A stretch of DNA of 64,000 bases, taken from assembly GCF_009834535.1 (NCBI RefSeq), contig NC_045696.1:18044001-18108000 (forward strand), in the 5' to 3' direction. Numbering within the stretch: position 1 is the stretch's first letter; the number at the start of each line of letters is the position of its first letter. This stretch comes from Camelus ferus (lineage: Eukaryota). Made by a program: the position numbers and the translations under genes. The notes under the pieces were generated by a model. The model was given only the letters and a program-made list of their open reading frames with translations, had not been told where the DNA came from and made no database searches. This document shows, piece after piece, positions 62,120 through 64,000 of the stretch.

Positions 62120-63119
62120 GTAATCACCTGTATGTCTTCTTCAGAAAAAAATCTATTTAGGGCTTCTGTCTATGTTTTAATTGGGTTGTTTGGGTTTTGT
62201 TTTTGGTTTTTTTTTTTTTTTTTTTTTAATTGAGTAGAATAAACTGTTTCTATATTTTGGATATTAACCTCTTGTTGGTCATAATATTTGCATATATTTT
62301 CTCCCATTTAGTAGGTTGTCTTTCTGCTTTGTTGATAAAAATTATATTAGGCCCCATTTTTAAATTTTTGCTTTTATTTCCTTTGATATAAAAAACAGAT
62401 AAAAAATATTGGTACAATTTATGTCAGAGTGTTCTGCCTATGTTTTCCTCTAGGAGTTTTACAGTGCCTGGTCTTCTATTTAGGTCTTTAATCCATTTTT
62501 AGTTTATTATTGTATTATGGTGTTACTGTATGTTCTAATTTCATTCTTTCACATATGGCTGTCCAGTTTTCCCTGCACTTCTTATTGAAGAGACTGTCTT
62601 TTCTCCATCGTTTATTCATGCTTCCTTTACCATAAATTAATTGACCATAATTGTGTGGGTTTATTTCTGGACTTTCTATCCTGTTCCATTGATCTATGTA
62701 TCTGTTTTTGTGCCAGTATCATGCTGTTTTGATTACTGTAGCTTTGCAGTATAGCCTGAAGTTAGGGAGTGTGATTTCTCCAGCTCTACTCTTCTTTCTC
62801 AAGATTATTTTGGCTATTTGAGGTCTTTTGCATTTCCACACAAATTTTAAAATTATTTTGTTCCACTTTAGTGAAAAATGAAATTGGTTATTTTATGGAA
62901 ATTGCACTGAATCTGTATATTGCTTTGTGTAGTATGGCCATTTCAACAATATTGTTTGTCATATACAGCCTTTATTATGTTGAGGTATGTTTCATCTATG
63001 CCCACTTTCTGTACAGTTTTTATCATAAATAGATGTTAAAATTTATCAAAAGCTTTTTCTGCATCTATTGAGATGATCATATGGTTTTTATTCTTTAGTT
63101 TGTTAATGTGTTGCATCAC
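62120..63119 (-). mobile_element. L1 ORF2 fragment (antisense, internally deleted)
   Basis: 'ttattgaagagactgtcttttctccat', 'tttgattactgtagctttg', 'gcatctattgagatgatcatatgg'. Confidence 0.9.
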
Positions 63120-63830
63120 TTCATACAAAAGTAATTCTTACCAAGAGTTCCCACAATTCTGCTCCTTGGTATTTATCTAAAGGAGGTGAAAAACTATGTC
63201 CATACAAAAACCTTCACATGGATGTTGTTATCAGCTTTATTTAAAATTGCCCAAACTTAGAAGCAGCCAAGAAGTCCTTTTACTAAATGAGTGGATAAAA
63301 AGTGGTACTTTCAGACAATGGAATATAAGTTTTCACTAAAAATAAATGAGCTCCCAAGCTATGAAAAGACATGGAGGAAAAGAGTAATGCCCGTTACTAA
63401 GTGAATATAGCCAATCTGAAAAGGCTGCATGCTGTATTATTCCAACTACATGTCATTCTTAAAAAGGGAAAACTATGGAGACATTGATCGGTGGTTGCCA
63501 GAAATTGAGAAAGAGGGAGGGATGAGTAAGCAGAGCACAGATTTTTAAGGTATTGAAAATACTGTGTTTGAAACAATAATGATGGCTACATGCCATCATA
63601 CATTTGTCCAAATCCATAGAATGTACAATACCAGCAGTGAATTCTAGCACAGACTGCAGATTTGGGGTGACTATGATGTATCAATGTGGATTCATCACTT
63701 TTAATGAAAGAACCAGTGTGGTAGGAAGTACTGATGGGAGAGGTTATGCATGTATGGGAGCAGGGGTATATGAGACTTCTCTGTACATTCTTCTGAATTT
63801 TATTTTAAATCTAAAACTACACTATTTAAC
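63120..63830 (+). mobile_element. L1MC1-like 3' end
   Basis: 'gccaatctgaaaaggctgcatgctgta', 'catacatttgtccaaatccatagaatgtacaa', 'ttggggtgactatgatgtatcaatgt'. Confidence 0.88.
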
Positions 63831-64000
63831 TCTTTAAGAAAAACTGAAACAAAAAACACCGCAATAAAAAAAGGGGAATGGCAATCTAATCACACAAGAA
63901 AAAAAAATTTCACAACCCAGATATACTTTAAAAATCAAACTGTAGAAACAAGGTTACTCCCATAATTTTAATCGGAGTGTAAATTAAAATAATTTTATAA

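Noticed and set aside
1152..63837. Remaining 60-119 aa ORFs in the track
   Set aside because: Low-complexity F/L/I/K-rich translations typical of AT-rich DNA or repeats; no recognisable domains apart from L1 ORF2 pieces
1..64000. CRISPR arrays, prokaryotic operons, NUMTs, non-retroviral viral elements, tRNA/rRNA genes
   Set aside because: No repeat-spacer periodicity, no long ORFs, and no recognisable mitochondrial, viral or structural RNA sequence; a tblastx/Infernal search would be needed to exclude decayed copies

Overview
AT-rich, CpG-poor placental-mammal DNA, most likely camelid (camel/alpaca/llama). This rests on the young L1 3'UTRs, which match my recollection of Vicugna/Camelus L1s, cetartiodactyl-type ERV1 LTRs, and no recognisable Alu, B1/B2, Bov-A/BovB, PRE1 or Can-SINE. 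The window reads as deep intron or gene desert. About half is interspersed repeat: old L1M, L2 and MIR; many MaLR (MLT1), MER21, LTR16-like and ERV1 LTRs; an ERVL internal fragment; a MER63 hAT element; and several young 5'-truncated L1s with target-site duplications (TSDs). I could not identify any intact protein-coding or RNA gene. The only recognisable protein sequence is decayed L1 ORF2 at ~59.4-60.5 kb. I found no convincing novel biological system. The most interesting observations concern retrotransposon mechanics: a polyadenylated, TSD-flanked retrocopy of only an LTR R region (43.8 kb); two tandem diverged L1 3'UTRs sharing a 90-bp identical tract (60.6/61.1 kb); twin-priming inversions; and a nested L2>MLT1E>MER21 stack. 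There are also a few unverified exon and enhancer candidates. Repeat family names come from visual recognition, not a database search, and boundaries of old repeats are approximate.
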